A stretch of 64,000 bases of DNA from a virus (lineage: Duplodnaviria > Heunggongvirae > Uroviricota > Caudoviricetes). A model generated the notes under the pieces. It was not told where the DNA came from and ran no database searches. It was given only the letters and a program-made list of their open reading frames with translations. The translations under genes were made by a program, and so were the position numbers. The stretch covers positions 63,171 through 127,170 of IMG/VR virus record IMGVR_UViG_3300028833_000001; one strand, 5' to 3'. Positions 28,200 to 38,897 of this stretch are shown in pieces (position 1 is the stretch's first letter; the number at the start of each line of letters is the position of its first letter).

Positions 28200-31100
28200 C
28201 TAATATTCTAATAATTGATTCGTCAATATTGATTCTTTATAAAACGCTGTCGTACCACTTATATTTGAGCCTTTGAGTTTTTCGTCGCTTACCCTAACAT
28301 ATAAATCAAGATATCCAGTGGTTATAACATTACCAAACCCTGGTATTCCTCCCTGGTAAGGAGTATAAGAACCACAACATCCCCACCACGTATTTCCGTT
28401 ATGCATACAACCATAATTCCCGTTTGTCAGTAGTCCTCTATAACTGTAGGATGAGCTTCCGCTTATTGCAGAAAAACCAGTTATCGTTGAACTAACAGAT
28501 GGGTTTGATGTCTGTTTCCATCTGAACACGGTCTCGGTTGACGCACTTGTAAGTTTTTCACAAGCCAAAAACTCGTATTGTCCTTGCGAGTTTTTGAAAT
28601 CACCGTTTTTCAACAAAAACAGCGCAGAATAAAGGTTTGTACCGTTGTCATAATTCCAACAATTGCTTTGTGTGAATAAATTGGTGCTTGGGTTATTATG
28701 ATGCAACAACTGAACCCAAACACTTCCGTCACTCAACACTTTAAATTTACTTGTTTGGCCTTCTAAAATCAAGGATGATTTCACAACGCCAGTCTTTCCT
28801 ATCTGTGGTTCGGTACCACGTTCATCGAATTCATAACAACTAAGGTTCCCGTTTTTGTCTATCATTGCCACGTCATCATATAATTCTTTAATGTCAGAAG
28901 CTGACAGTGCAGTGGCATATAATCTGGCATCAGACATTAAGCCCTTATAGTTTTGACGACTAGATGTTTTCCATGACCCCAAAAAATAATCCCCAGATGG
29001 TATTGAACCAGCGCTGCCAGTATAATACAATTCTCCGTTTAGATAAAATTTACAATTAGAAGTGGTCCTTACCATAGACACCATATTCCAGGTATTCAAT
29101 GTATATGGTTGACCGCCACTGCCGCTCTGTCCCCACGAATATGCCACAAGCGTCGGTTCAGTACCAGTTGACCTTCTAGACTGAAACTCAAATCCGCTCG
29201 GACCGCCTATAATTGTGCCCCAGCTTTTACTGCCAAGAGATTCAACCTTAAACCAACAATTAAACGTGAAAGTTCCAGATGGTGTTATTGTAGACAAATT
29301 ACCGATTCCAATTGAATTGTCAGAACCATTAAATTTAACTGCATAGGAATGTCTTGGCGTCACGTCGTTTTGTGTGAATGTACCGTAAAGAGTGCCATTA
29401 TGCTTATATCCAGAACAATCATAAACATATTCAGTAACAATCGGTCCAGATGTAAAAGAACCTGTTCCTGCGTTTGGATAAAATTTTAATTCAAACTTAT
29501 CAAATAACCCCAATACTCCATTGCAAGACACAGGGATAAAATCCCTAAGAATAGTATTACCTTCCCAGAATTTACAATAATATATTTTTCCAGCACGAAT
29601 TGAACCCACTGCGTTTGCTACATTTCTAGCAAAAAGATAAACTTCAATATTTGGGTGTGATGTATGTCTATTAGCTGGATATGAAGTTCCGTCTATTGAA
29701 AAAGTACTTCCTTGAAGCTTAACAATAAATGGAGTACCAGCAGTTGTTGTTTTTGTGGATGTATCATATGCCTTGTTTTTAAAAGTATATAAAAGGGACC
29801 CAGTCTTAAGAATATCCAATGAATAATTGTTTCCATTCGCATATCCTGATTGTGTACTGCACCCAAAATAAACATTTTCATTATTTAAATCGCTGGTAGC
29901 ATATTTCATTTCGAAATTAGTAGAAGTCGTTGGAATGATTCCACTCTTTATGTAAGAAGCAGTATCGCACTGTAGATATTCATATTCAATTAAACTTATC
30001 TTGTTTCCAAGTATAAAATTACCAGTACCAATATTATGGAAGAATTTTTTTGTAACAGTGTCATACATTCCAGGTTCACCATGGAAAGTTGCTGGTATAA
30101 AATTGCCTAGCATCGTATTTCCATCCCAAATAGTCCAATAATAAAGAATTGTGTTACTTAAACAAGACACATTATTTTGCAAATCACCTTGTACAAACAA
30201 ATAAAATATAGATTGAGTATCTGTTCCAACCGCCGTTCCGTAATTATATGTTGTTGAGGTTCCATTTACAGTACATACTACAGAAGAATTAGTCATTACC
30301 ACTTCTTTTATATCAGAATTTGTACCCGATAAAATCACTCGTGAACCTGCACTACCCGCTCCTGTATTATAAAACACAGCCATCCTTGCGTTACTATCTA
30401 GTCTAAGTATTCTGAGAGTTTTGTGTGATTCACTTCGGTATGCACCGAAAACTGCATCATACTGACCGATATTAGCTGGTTGACTAAATTTGCATTGTAT
30501 CTTATATGTTGTTTTTGTTGAATCGTACGGAATCAAGGTATTTATCCAAGATTTTCCATCGCCTTGCAAACTGTCATAAAGCTCTATTCCTGGAGGTAAT
30601 ATCTGGTTAAGTATATTACTTGTTTTATCCAATTTATAATGCAACACTAAGCCTTTTGATATATCCTTTATCTCTTTCTTTGAAAGACAGTGGTCATAGA
30701 TACGTATGTCATTAATTAAACCATTGAATCCAAAATATCCGTTAGCATAAGTTTCTCGCCCGATACAAGTGTTTTGGGCATCACTATCAAAGTCACTAGA
30801 GCATGTATAGCTAGCTACAAACTCACCGTTTTTGTATAATGTACATACTTTATTATTATATACTGAAACTAAATGTGTCCATTCGTTTACTGGGACTGAG
30901 CAATTAACATAGGTATTATGACCATAGCATAATACATCCACCTTTGTATTGTCTTGACTGACGCCAAAAGCCCATCGTTTAGTGTTCCAATCTCCAGAAC
31001 TTAAGATGGTCCCATTATAATGATAATGGTTTCCAAGTGGCTTTACCCAAACGGCCACACTACAAGTTTTTTTTTCGTTAAACATGTCCAAAAAATTGGT

Positions 31101-31265
31101 GTTTAAACTAATGCCATTAGTTACTTGAGTTTCGCCACCTGATTTGAAAGCCGTCCCTATTTTTCCAGCTTGATATGCAACAGTGCCCAAACTGGTACAA
31201 AGAATTTTCTTTATTCCTTTATTTTCCAAATTCCCATTCAACGGGAGCCACACTTGTAATGCCAT
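28200..31265 (-). CDS. LamG/concanavalin-A-like tail protein (paralog 3)
   Basis: MALQVWLPLNG; WTHLVSVY; INDIRIYDHCLS; two internal duplicated domains. Confidence 0.75.
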   Translation of the reverse strand: MALQVWLPLNGNLENKGIKKILCTSLGTVAYQAGKIGTAFKSGGETQVTNGISLNTNFLDMFNEKKTCSVAVWVKPLGNHYHYNGTILSSGDWNTKRWAFGVSQDNTKVDVLCYGHNTYVNCSVPVNEWTHLVSVYNNKVCTLYKNGEFVASYTCSSDFDSDAQNTCIGRETYANGYFGFNGLINDIRIYDHCLSKKEIKDISKGLVLHYKLDKTSNILNQILPPGIELYDSLQGDGKSWINTLIPYDSTKTTYKIQCKFSQPANIGQYDAVFGAYRSESHKTLRILRLDSNARMAVFYNTGAGSAGSRVILSGTNSDIKEVVMTNSSVVCTVNGTSTTYNYGTAVGTDTQSIFYLFVQGDLQNNVSCLSNTILYYWTIWDGNTMLGNFIPATFHGEPGMYDTVTKKFFHNIGTGNFILGNKISLIEYEYLQCDTASYIKSGIIPTTSTNFEMKYATSDLNNENVYFGCSTQSGYANGNNYSLDILKTGSLLYTFKNKAYDTSTKTTTAGTPFIVKLQGSTFSIDGTSYPANRHTSHPNIEVYLFARNVANAVGSIRAGKIYYCKFWEGNTILRDFIPVSCNGVLGLFDKFELKFYPNAGTGSFTSGPIVTEYVYDCSGYKHNGTLYGTFTQNDVTPRHSYAVKFNGSDNSIGIGNLSTITPSGTFTFNCWFKVESLGSKSWGTIIGGPSGFEFQSRRSTGTEPTLVAYSWGQSGSGGQPYTLNTWNMVSMVRTTSNCKFYLNGELYYTGSAGSIPSGDYFLGSWKTSSRQNYKGLMSDARLYATALSASDIKELYDDVAMIDKNGNLSCYEFDERGTEPQIGKTGVVKSSLILEGQTSKFKVLSDGSVWVQLLHHNNPSTNLFTQSNCWNYDNGTNLYSALFLLKNGDFKNSQGQYEFLACEKLTSASTETVFRWKQTSNPSVSSTITGFSAISGSSSYSYRGLLTNGNYGCMHNGNTWWGCCGSYTPYQGGIPGFGNVITTGYLDLYVRVSDEKLKGSNISGTTAFYKESILTNQLLEY

Positions 31266-31268
31266 ATA

Positions 31269-32729
31269 TTAATTAAAACTAAATTTTAAACATTCATTTT
31301 CATCATCAATATATATATAAGATTTTGATGTATTCTTTTGTATTGTAACACCAGACGTAAATGTCTTTGCTCCAGTAATTGTTTCTTCTCCAGTTATATG
31401 GACGCAATTATTAAGAGCCGTGACAACATTTGCTGATGTAGCATAGTTTGTCATTGCCGTAACTGCACTGGTGATAAAATGAGAATTGTTGTTTAAATCG
31501 CTGATATTTCCAGTGGTTACGACTTTGTGAAGCTTTATCGACGTATTAGTTGCCTGGTTTGCCGAAAAGTTTCCGACAGCCATACCAGTCGTGGCGGTTG
31601 TTATAGAAATATAGCCATTGTTCACAACTGGTATTGTTGGTTTATTATTCAAATCATTGTAACTACCTGTTCCAGCAACCTTATGTAAAGTAATAGTCGT
31701 ATTACCTGTTTGGTTTGCGGAAAAAGAGCCAAGGCTTGCAGATGTGCCAGTTGTAATTGTCAAATAACCGTTTCCAATTGTTGGTAATCCAGTTATAGTA
31801 TTATATGCATGAGTGTGTGAAGACAATGAGAACGCTGATGCATGTTTACCGTCTAGTAAATCTGCGTCCAATCCGCTTCCAGAACCATCATTGCCAGCAT
31901 GCCATATTGTATAACCGCTTTTTGTGATATTTGTTTTAAAATCAATGGCTCCGCTTTGATTCATTACAGCCGCTTGGATTTGTGTTCCGCCTTGATTATC
32001 TGCATATATGGCTAAACTGTTGCTTACACCAGTTCCAGTTCCCAAATATTTAAGGCCGAAACCGTAGCTTGCTGTTGTACCGTAGTTGTATGAACCGTCA
32101 GAAACCCTCCAAATCCATACATCTTGATTTAAGGATGACACGTTAATCGTTGGGTCATCACTTGCTGAACCATAATACCTTTTAATCGCCCCAGTCATTA
32201 TACCGCCAGACAATGGCAAGTAGTTGGTTATAGTATCAAGTTTTGCCACCATAGCAGATGACATATACCCGCTAGAACTTGTAGTAGCGATTGTTGAGGC
32301 CAAATTACCAAGTTTGGTTTTCTCTTCTGTTGTGTAGTCGTTTGTAGACAAACCTTTGCCTGTCACCTTGTCAACTTTGTTGTTCAATGCAGTGACAACA
32401 TTAGCGCTAGTTGCATATTTTGCCATTGCAGTAACGGCGCTGGTGATAAAATAAGAATCGTTGTTTAAATCACTAATATTACCAGTAGCTACAACTTTAT
32501 GAAGTTTAATAGTTGTGTTTGTTGATTGGTTAGCTGAAAAGTTTCCTACAGCAGCCATTCCAGTTGTGGCTGTGGTTATTGATAAATAACCATTATTAAC
32601 CGCAGGAGTTGTTGCACTTGTCAAATACTTGTTAATTAACGATACGCCTCCCTCGACAAATTCTGGAGCTTGTATTTTTTCTAAACCTTTAGTTTGGCCT
32701 TGAATTATTAAATCTTTTAATATTGCCAT
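31269..32729 (-). CDS. tail-fibre-like protein
   Basis: HAGNDGSGSGLDADLLDG fibre motif; modules shared with 26385..28166. Confidence 0.75.
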   Translation of the reverse strand: MAILKDLIIQGQTKGLEKIQAPEFVEGGVSLINKYLTSATTPAVNNGYLSITTATTGMAAVGNFSANQSTNTTIKLHKVVATGNISDLNNDSYFITSAVTAMAKYATSANVVTALNNKVDKVTGKGLSTNDYTTEEKTKLGNLASTIATTSSSGYMSSAMVAKLDTITNYLPLSGGIMTGAIKRYYGSASDDPTINVSSLNQDVWIWRVSDGSYNYGTTASYGFGLKYLGTGTGVSNSLAIYADNQGGTQIQAAVMNQSGAIDFKTNITKSGYTIWHAGNDGSGSGLDADLLDGKHASAFSLSSHTHAYNTITGLPTIGNGYLTITTGTSASLGSFSANQTGNTTITLHKVAGTGSYNDLNNKPTIPVVNNGYISITTATTGMAVGNFSANQATNTSIKLHKVVTTGNISDLNNNSHFITSAVTAMTNYATSANVVTALNNCVHITGEETITGAKTFTSGVTIQKNTSKSYIYIDDENECLKFSFN

Positions 32730-32737
32730 AATATATA

Positions 32738-35317
32738 TTATATTTCGTTTATTCTATTTGCGTTGAAATCGGCCACACCAATGAACGCGACATCTGTGTC
32801 TTCTACAAATTGGCCAGTTTCAGTAGTTCCATTCCTATAAATATTAGTGTCTTTCAATTCAGTTATAAAAGAATCTGCACGAACATAAAATGCTGTTGAT
32901 GTATAGTAATAAATACCTATTTTTGATACAGTTTTTCCAGCTGGTGTTATTACTAGAATATGCTGCCAGCCAATTGGTGAAGAATGGTCACCAGTTTTAA
33001 TACATTCTGTGGCCGTACTTCCATCTGTATAATAGATATAAAAGCCTCCTGGACGATTAATGTCTTGATATACAACATCATCGGTGTCTATCCATACATC
33101 GAACAGATATTGTGTGTTTTCTTTAAATTTTCCAATCATAGTGGTATATGGACTTGCATACCAATTAGGTCTAACAGGGAAGGCTTTCACTCCGTTTCGT
33201 GTTGTATATGATGTGTAGTTAGATTTGCTTTTAGCAAATTCATTTAAGTTTTCTATTTGTAATATATTCAATGATTTTTCAACGATTTCAAAAGAATGCA
33301 AATCACCAAGATTGTCAATAAATGCAGATGTGTGGTACAAATCAGCTATATCGTCTGAAGATAATGCTGTTGAATATAATCTTGCGTCTGACAATTGCAT
33401 ATCCTTACAGCCATACGATGTATTGGTGCCATATCTACCAAAATAATAAGATTGTTGTGTCGCGTTCAGTGTACCAGTAACGCTTGTACTATTATCCAAC
33501 ACAGCGTCGATGTATCTTTTTATTGTAGTTCCGTCATAAGTCATGGTAATCATATGCCAATTTCCATCAAGCAAAATATGTTTTGTGGAGTTTCGAACAT
33601 ATCTTGTACCATTAACATATAACCCCCCTCTTAGAAGTCCTGTTGTATATATAGACATTTCGCAATAGCCAGGACTTGAACTTTCAAATGGCATATGATA
33701 AGAGCCTATTGGTGAAGTATTAGTTGATTTAACCCAAATATTAAGAGTTATTTCTTTTCCGTCTATGTTTATTTGTGGTGATGTTATGTAATTCGATAAA
33801 CCGTCGGTTATTAAAGTTGAACTATCGTATCTACTGCTATCTTTACCAATCATAAGCCTTCCTGTTATTGTCCCGTTGTTTCCGTATCCAGAACAGTCAA
33901 CAATGGTTGGCTCAACACTTGTATCTACCAGCGTTAATCCAGCAGTATAATTTTGTGACATAGCATAAGCCTGAACATATGCAGCAGCTTTTAAATATTG
34001 AGTAGCATTCGGTTTAAAACTAGCCGATATCAAATGCCAATCAGAATCAGTGGCATAATATGTTTTTGGATAATAATAAGTATAACCATCAGAACTCAAA
34101 CAAATTGAAGTGCCAGATGGAATCTTTTGCCCAGGATAAGGTGAAAGAAGAGTAACAGTTTTATTTTGTAAATCTATATTTGATTTGTCTTTTGTTGTTC
34201 CGTATGCATAAATCTTTCGTGTATATACCAAATCTGGATATGTATAGCCAAAACTGTTTTTATACCCAAATATCGCCACATAGTTTTGATGTGTTGAAGG
34301 ATTAGACCAACCATTTACGTTTGCCAAATGTATAACTGTATCACCTGAATTTAAATCCTGTGTAATAGTAGTTAAAGAACTTGTTTTAAAATCAATATTA
34401 GTATAATGGATTCTATTTTTATCGACATCATATGGTATAAGAGCCAAATAACAAGTTGTATTTGCTGTTGACGGCCTTTTTACATAACCACTCATTGTAT
34501 ATGTATGTGTTGAATCTAAAGGTATATATTGTAGAGTGTTTGTACCGTTTATATATGAATTTGTAATCCCAGACACATTTGGTACGCTTGTTGAAACATA
34601 GCTACTTGTTTTTAGCGACCAGTTATCCGTTCCACCCCAACCATTGGCAATAAGATTAACATTTCCTACGTTGCCATTTAAATTGTCCAATTTATAATGC
34701 AGTACAAGGGCCTTTGATATTTCATGTATTTCTTTTACTGACAAACAATGGTCGTATACTCTAAAATCGTTTAAATTACCGTTCCAATCATATGTGTGGC
34801 CTGGAGAGCCTATACCTCCAGCACCGCCAGCAATTCTTAATACGGTTGATGTAGGATTCCTATATGTTTGAGCTTTTCCTTTGTATTCCCCGTCTATATA
34901 TAATTTTGCATTAACAGAATCAAAAGTGATTGCAAAATGATGCCAGTTTCCATCGTGCAAGCAACTTATGTTGGCCCCGCTGTCAGTTTTAAATGGATTA
35001 TTTGTGCTGTCGCCAACGTTTAAATAATAATTTGTGTATTCCCAACAATTTAATGTCCAGTTAGCGGCTGATGGTGCTTCTATCACCCAAGGCATTTTAT
35101 TGTTCGTTGTAGTTTTAGACCACCACGCTATAGTCGCATTGTTTCCAATAGAACAACCGCTTATATTCCAATAAGTTGACCCGTTACAAGATAGGCATTG
35201 ACCCGTTTTTCCAGAAGTTGAATAAGACGTAGAGCCACCAACTGGGGTCACTGTTATTTGTGCGAACCCATTGTTATTCAAATCCCCATTAAGCGGTAAC
35301 CATACTTGCAAAGCCAT
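32738..35317 (-). CDS. LamG/concanavalin-A-like tail protein (paralog 2)
   Basis: MALQVWLPLNG; WHHFAITFD; LNDFRVYDHCLS; WHMITMTYDG. Confidence 0.75.
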   Translation of the reverse strand: MALQVWLPLNGDLNNNGFAQITVTPVGGSTSYSTSGKTGQCLSCNGSTYWNISGCSIGNNATIAWWSKTTTNNKMPWVIEAPSAANWTLNCWEYTNYYLNVGDSTNNPFKTDSGANISCLHDGNWHHFAITFDSVNAKLYIDGEYKGKAQTYRNPTSTVLRIAGGAGGIGSPGHTYDWNGNLNDFRVYDHCLSVKEIHEISKALVLHYKLDNLNGNVGNVNLIANGWGGTDNWSLKTSSYVSTSVPNVSGITNSYINGTNTLQYIPLDSTHTYTMSGYVKRPSTANTTCYLALIPYDVDKNRIHYTNIDFKTSSLTTITQDLNSGDTVIHLANVNGWSNPSTHQNYVAIFGYKNSFGYTYPDLVYTRKIYAYGTTKDKSNIDLQNKTVTLLSPYPGQKIPSGTSICLSSDGYTYYYPKTYYATDSDWHLISASFKPNATQYLKAAAYVQAYAMSQNYTAGLTLVDTSVEPTIVDCSGYGNNGTITGRLMIGKDSSRYDSSTLITDGLSNYITSPQINIDGKEITLNIWVKSTNTSPIGSYHMPFESSSPGYCEMSIYTTGLLRGGLYVNGTRYVRNSTKHILLDGNWHMITMTYDGTTIKRYIDAVLDNSTSVTGTLNATQQSYYFGRYGTNTSYGCKDMQLSDARLYSTALSSDDIADLYHTSAFIDNLGDLHSFEIVEKSLNILQIENLNEFAKSKSNYTSYTTRNGVKAFPVRPNWYASPYTTMIGKFKENTQYLFDVWIDTDDVVYQDINRPGGFYIYYTDGSTATECIKTGDHSSPIGWQHILVITPAGKTVSKIGIYYYTSTAFYVRADSFITELKDTNIYRNGTTETGQFVEDTDVAFIGVADFNANRINEI

Positions 35318-35348
35318 ATATAATATCTTCTTTTTATTTTATTTTTAT

Positions 35349-37817
35349 TTAATATTCTATCATATTATTGGGTTTCATAACACCATCCCTAAATATTCTT
35401 GCTGTATACTCTTCCTCCATAAATTCAGACATTTTAACTGAACCATTTTTTAGAATTTGAGGGTCGGAAAAATTGGTAATGTCGTATATACGGAAATTAC
35501 GTATGTACAAATCAGTCCCTAATTCTCCAGTATTCTTATAATCAAAAGCAAATGCAAAATGACGATACGACAAATATGTGTTGCCTGAGACAAAAGATGA
35601 AGCACTTCTTTCGCACACTTTCCATATATCGTCGTTGATTGTTAGTTCATGTGTTATAGTAACCCAATCCTGGCTATTAAAATTCGCCTTTACTGGATTG
35701 TTAGTGTACACGTTACTTGGTTCTGGCATTAATCCAGAGTTTGCAAAATTATTACCAAAATTAAATGAAAACCCAAAATGCGCGACACTATTAGATGTCT
35801 GGCCCTTAACCTCAAATTGAACTACATATCTGTGTCCAGTTTGAAGACCAAATCGATTATTCGTGTTTGTAACAAGAAATCCGCCATACATTGTTCTTGT
35901 AGCACTTGTTCCATCATATGTAATATTTGGAGTTCTATAAATCCGATATCCTTCATTCGTCAACGTACACACGCAATTCCTTTGTTGAAAACTCGATAAA
36001 CCATCGGCATATTGTTTGTCTATTATTCCAAGATTGGTTTTAAATGCTATATTAGAACATGTTTCTTCAAAATTATAGGCTAATAAATTTCCAGTATTGT
36101 CAATAAATGCTGATGTATGATACAAATCCAAAATATCATTATCTGACAGTGCTGTAGCATATATTCTTAAGTCTGACCATTTGCCTTTGCATTGTCTACT
36201 TAAACTGCCTGCATTAGAATAACCAAGGAAAAGTGATTTGAAACCAACCAATGTTGTAGGACATGCGGTCGTATATTTCAATTCACCATTTACATATGTC
36301 TTCAGATTCTCTCCGTCGTGAGTTAATACAACATATTTCCAAGTATTTACTTGAACCACGCCAGTTCCGCATGCAACGGTATATGTCGTTCCATTTGTTC
36401 CTCTACAATAAAAATATGTGTCACAATGGTTACATGTTGTTGCCGTGTAATCATATGGATTAGTTGTAGAAATTGTTGATGTTGACCACAATCCGCTTCC
36501 TTGAGCACCCCATGCCGTTAAATAAATCCAACAAGCGATAGTCAAGCCATTAGATTCTGGAAAATCAAAAGTAGTTCGCAATGGATAATTTTCAGCGTTT
36601 GATACGCAGGTTTTGTATCTTGGCGAATCTGTATTGATAGATACATCAGTCATTATGATTCCATGATGCCCATATCCAGAACAGTCAGTAACGATGTTGG
36701 CTGGCCATAAAATATCGGAGCATACTGTTTTATTATCCTCCAAATAAAATTCTGAAATGTACAATGGAAGGTCCATGGCATATGTATTAAGAGCAATCAA
36801 ATCATCTGTCCCAGTTTGATATAATCCTTCTCTTTTTATTAAATAAAATCCGTCTCTAAGTGGAGTTATAGAAAACTTACCATAATTAGTTATTGCATTT
36901 CCGCCAAGACCCACTTTGCCTGTTGGGTCAGAACCATCTTGAAATTTTATGATTGCCTGTACGCTTCTATATCCCCCATCAAACGCTGGTGATTGGTGAA
37001 TCATGTATCTTTGACCACCAGTCAATGTCATTTTGTGGGAATATTGATTTGATTTATTCCATATAAATTCTTTGTCAGTATTTTGAGACCAAGTAGCTTC
37101 GCTTCCGCTTGGCCCCCAATGTGGCCAACCGCCATTTGACGCTGATGTGTTAAAAGTTGGATAAGAAAACACATTATTCATCACTTGATAATTTTCATCA
37201 AGTTTATAATGTAAAACAAGTCCTTTGGACAGCTCATTTATTTCTTTAGCCGAAAGACAGTGGTCATATATTCTAAAGTCATTAACTTTGCATTTACCTT
37301 GATATGACGAGCCGTTAAGTGCATCTCCACCTATATACAGCCTATTGTGAGGGTTCATTGACGTGCCTGTATGAAAAGTTAAATTATTGGTCAATAAACC
37401 ATTTTGGTACATATGAACTATTCCGTTATCATATACTATAGTAACATGAATCCATTTATTTAGTGGCAAAGAAGTAATAGACTTATCAAGTCTACTACCT
37501 GTTACTCCAACAGAAGTATCACGAACCCTGATATAGTTTTGTCCAAACACAAATTGCCAATAACCGCTTGTGTCTTCCGATGTAAAAATAGTATATGAAG
37601 AACTTGTTATATAAACCCAACACGCAATAGAAAACTCTTTTAAACCAGCCAATATATTCCCAGACAACAATGTATATCCTGTTGTTGGATAGCTATAACA
37701 TTTACCTATTTTACCAGAATTATCAACTGTACCAGTATTCGTAATCGTTATACTTGTATCCAAATGACCGTTATTATTAAAGTTTCCGTTAAGTGGTAGC
37801 CACACCTGTAATGCCAT
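35349..37817 (-). CDS. LamG/concanavalin-A-like tail protein (paralog 1)
   Basis: MALQVWLPLNG; WIHVTIVYD; VNDFRIYDHCLS. Confidence 0.75.
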   Translation of the reverse strand: MALQVWLPLNGNFNNNGHLDTSITITNTGTVDNSGKIGKCYSYPTTGYTLLSGNILAGLKEFSIACWVYITSSSYTIFTSEDTSGYWQFVFGQNYIRVRDTSVGVTGSRLDKSITSLPLNKWIHVTIVYDNGIVHMYQNGLLTNNLTFHTGTSMNPHNRLYIGGDALNGSSYQGKCKVNDFRIYDHCLSAKEINELSKGLVLHYKLDENYQVMNNVFSYPTFNTSASNGGWPHWGPSGSEATWSQNTDKEFIWNKSNQYSHKMTLTGGQRYMIHQSPAFDGGYRSVQAIIKFQDGSDPTGKVGLGGNAITNYGKFSITPLRDGFYLIKREGLYQTGTDDLIALNTYAMDLPLYISEFYLEDNKTVCSDILWPANIVTDCSGYGHHGIIMTDVSINTDSPRYKTCVSNAENYPLRTTFDFPESNGLTIACWIYLTAWGAQGSGLWSTSTISTTNPYDYTATTCNHCDTYFYCRGTNGTTYTVACGTGVVQVNTWKYVVLTHDGENLKTYVNGELKYTTACPTTLVGFKSLFLGYSNAGSLSRQCKGKWSDLRIYATALSDNDILDLYHTSAFIDNTGNLLAYNFEETCSNIAFKTNLGIIDKQYADGLSSFQQRNCVCTLTNEGYRIYRTPNITYDGTSATRTMYGGFLVTNTNNRFGLQTGHRYVVQFEVKGQTSNSVAHFGFSFNFGNNFANSGLMPEPSNVYTNNPVKANFNSQDWVTITHELTINDDIWKVCERSASSFVSGNTYLSYRHFAFAFDYKNTGELGTDLYIRNFRIYDITNFSDPQILKNGSVKMSEFMEEEYTARIFRDGVMKPNNMIEY

Positions 37818-37819
37818 AA

Positions 37820-38404
37820 TTAATCAAATATGAATTTCAAACATTTATTAGTAGTGTCAAATTCCTGGTAACATTGTGATTTGGCACTTACTCCAACATA
37901 AACGCCAGTGTTTGCACGAATATCACCGTTAACGTGAAGCTTATCTGTTGGCGATGTTGTTCCAACCCCCAAATTTCCTATTTCGTTGTGTCCATTAATA
38001 CTGACGTTTCCTCCTTCCAAATTAATATATAAAGGAGCACTAGAAGAGCCGCTTCTTGACATAATTTCATTTGAGTCAATAGATATATTGGTTTTTGCTA
38101 TATCACCGACAACAAGAGCGCCACCACCAGTAAGGCTTGTATCCCCAGTAACATTTATGTATAATTGTCCAGTCATTGTTCCACCGCTAAGAGGAACGTA
38201 TCTTCCAACATACGCTTTATCTACAAATTGTGTAACTCCACCAGTGGAATTCTTTATAAACAATGACGGTTCGGCAACATTATTATTTATAGCAATTTCT
38301 CCGACATACAAGTTTGCCGCTGTAGGCTTCCTAATAACGCCAGAAGTAATTCCACTGCTATGATAATGTATTAATCCTTGTCCGTTTCGTATTCTTTCTG
38401 CCAT
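37820..38404 (-). CDS. short tail-fibre-like protein
   Basis: GEIAIN..., YVPLSGGTMTG, GVGTTSPTDKLHVNGDI; C-terminal CLKFIFD. Confidence 0.65.
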   Translation of the reverse strand: MAERIRNGQGLIHYHSSGITSGVIRKPTAANLYVGEIAINNNVAEPSLFIKNSTGGVTQFVDKAYVGRYVPLSGGTMTGQLYINVTGDTSLTGGGALVVGDIAKTNISIDSNEIMSRSGSSSAPLYINLEGGNVSINGHNEIGNLGVGTTSPTDKLHVNGDIRANTGVYVGVSAKSQCYQEFDTTNKCLKFIFD

Positions 38405-38563
38405 ATTTATTCATGTTTTACTATTACATAAATATCAATTATGTCGTTAAAATATCCCAAAAAGCCAATAATATCAAATAATTAAACTGTGATGCAGCAA
38501 TAAAAAATATACGTCCATACGGAACACATACTCGTCCACGTAGAGTTGTTGGTAATACTAAAC

Positions 38564-38596
38564 AAAAACGCCCGCAAGACATTGTCCCACGGGCGG
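38564..38596 (-). terminator. intrinsic terminator ending the - strand accessory array
   Basis: minus strand cgcccgtgggacaatgtcttgcgggcg followed by TTTTT. Confidence 0.7.
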
Positions 38597-38651
38597 TTCA
38601 ACAGATTTTTGTGCAATCAAATATTTAGGCACCAAAAAATTAACTATCAAA

Positions 38652-38894
38652 TTAAACAGTTTTTTGGCTCATTCTTTTCTCGTATTCATATTTGTAATCA
38701 TCCCAAGCATTGCTTAGAGCCGTACTGCTTGAGTTATTAAAATCGCAACAAGGAAGGATTGAATCTATAATGTAATTTAGTAATTCATTCGTTTCGCTTT
38801 CATTATAATCCCCGCCATAATCACTACTCAACGATTTACCATTTGATGTTTTTTTATATGTAAAAGTAACAGAAAAAGTATTATTATCGCCCAT
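38652..38894 (-). CDS. hypothetical protein
   Basis: 80-aa ORF. Confidence 0.55.
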   Translation of the reverse strand: MGDNNTFSVTFTYKKTSNGKSLSSDYGGDYNESETNELLNYIIDSILPCCDFNNSSSTALSNAWDDYKYEYEKRMSQKTV

Positions 38895-38897
38895 AAT

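Noticed and set aside
38405-38650. Structured ncRNA or tRNA in the largest intergenic gap
   Set aside because: Only a terminator hairpin and short direct repeats (cgtcca, catac) are visible. There is no T-loop or cloverleaf here, and I saw none elsewhere in the window.
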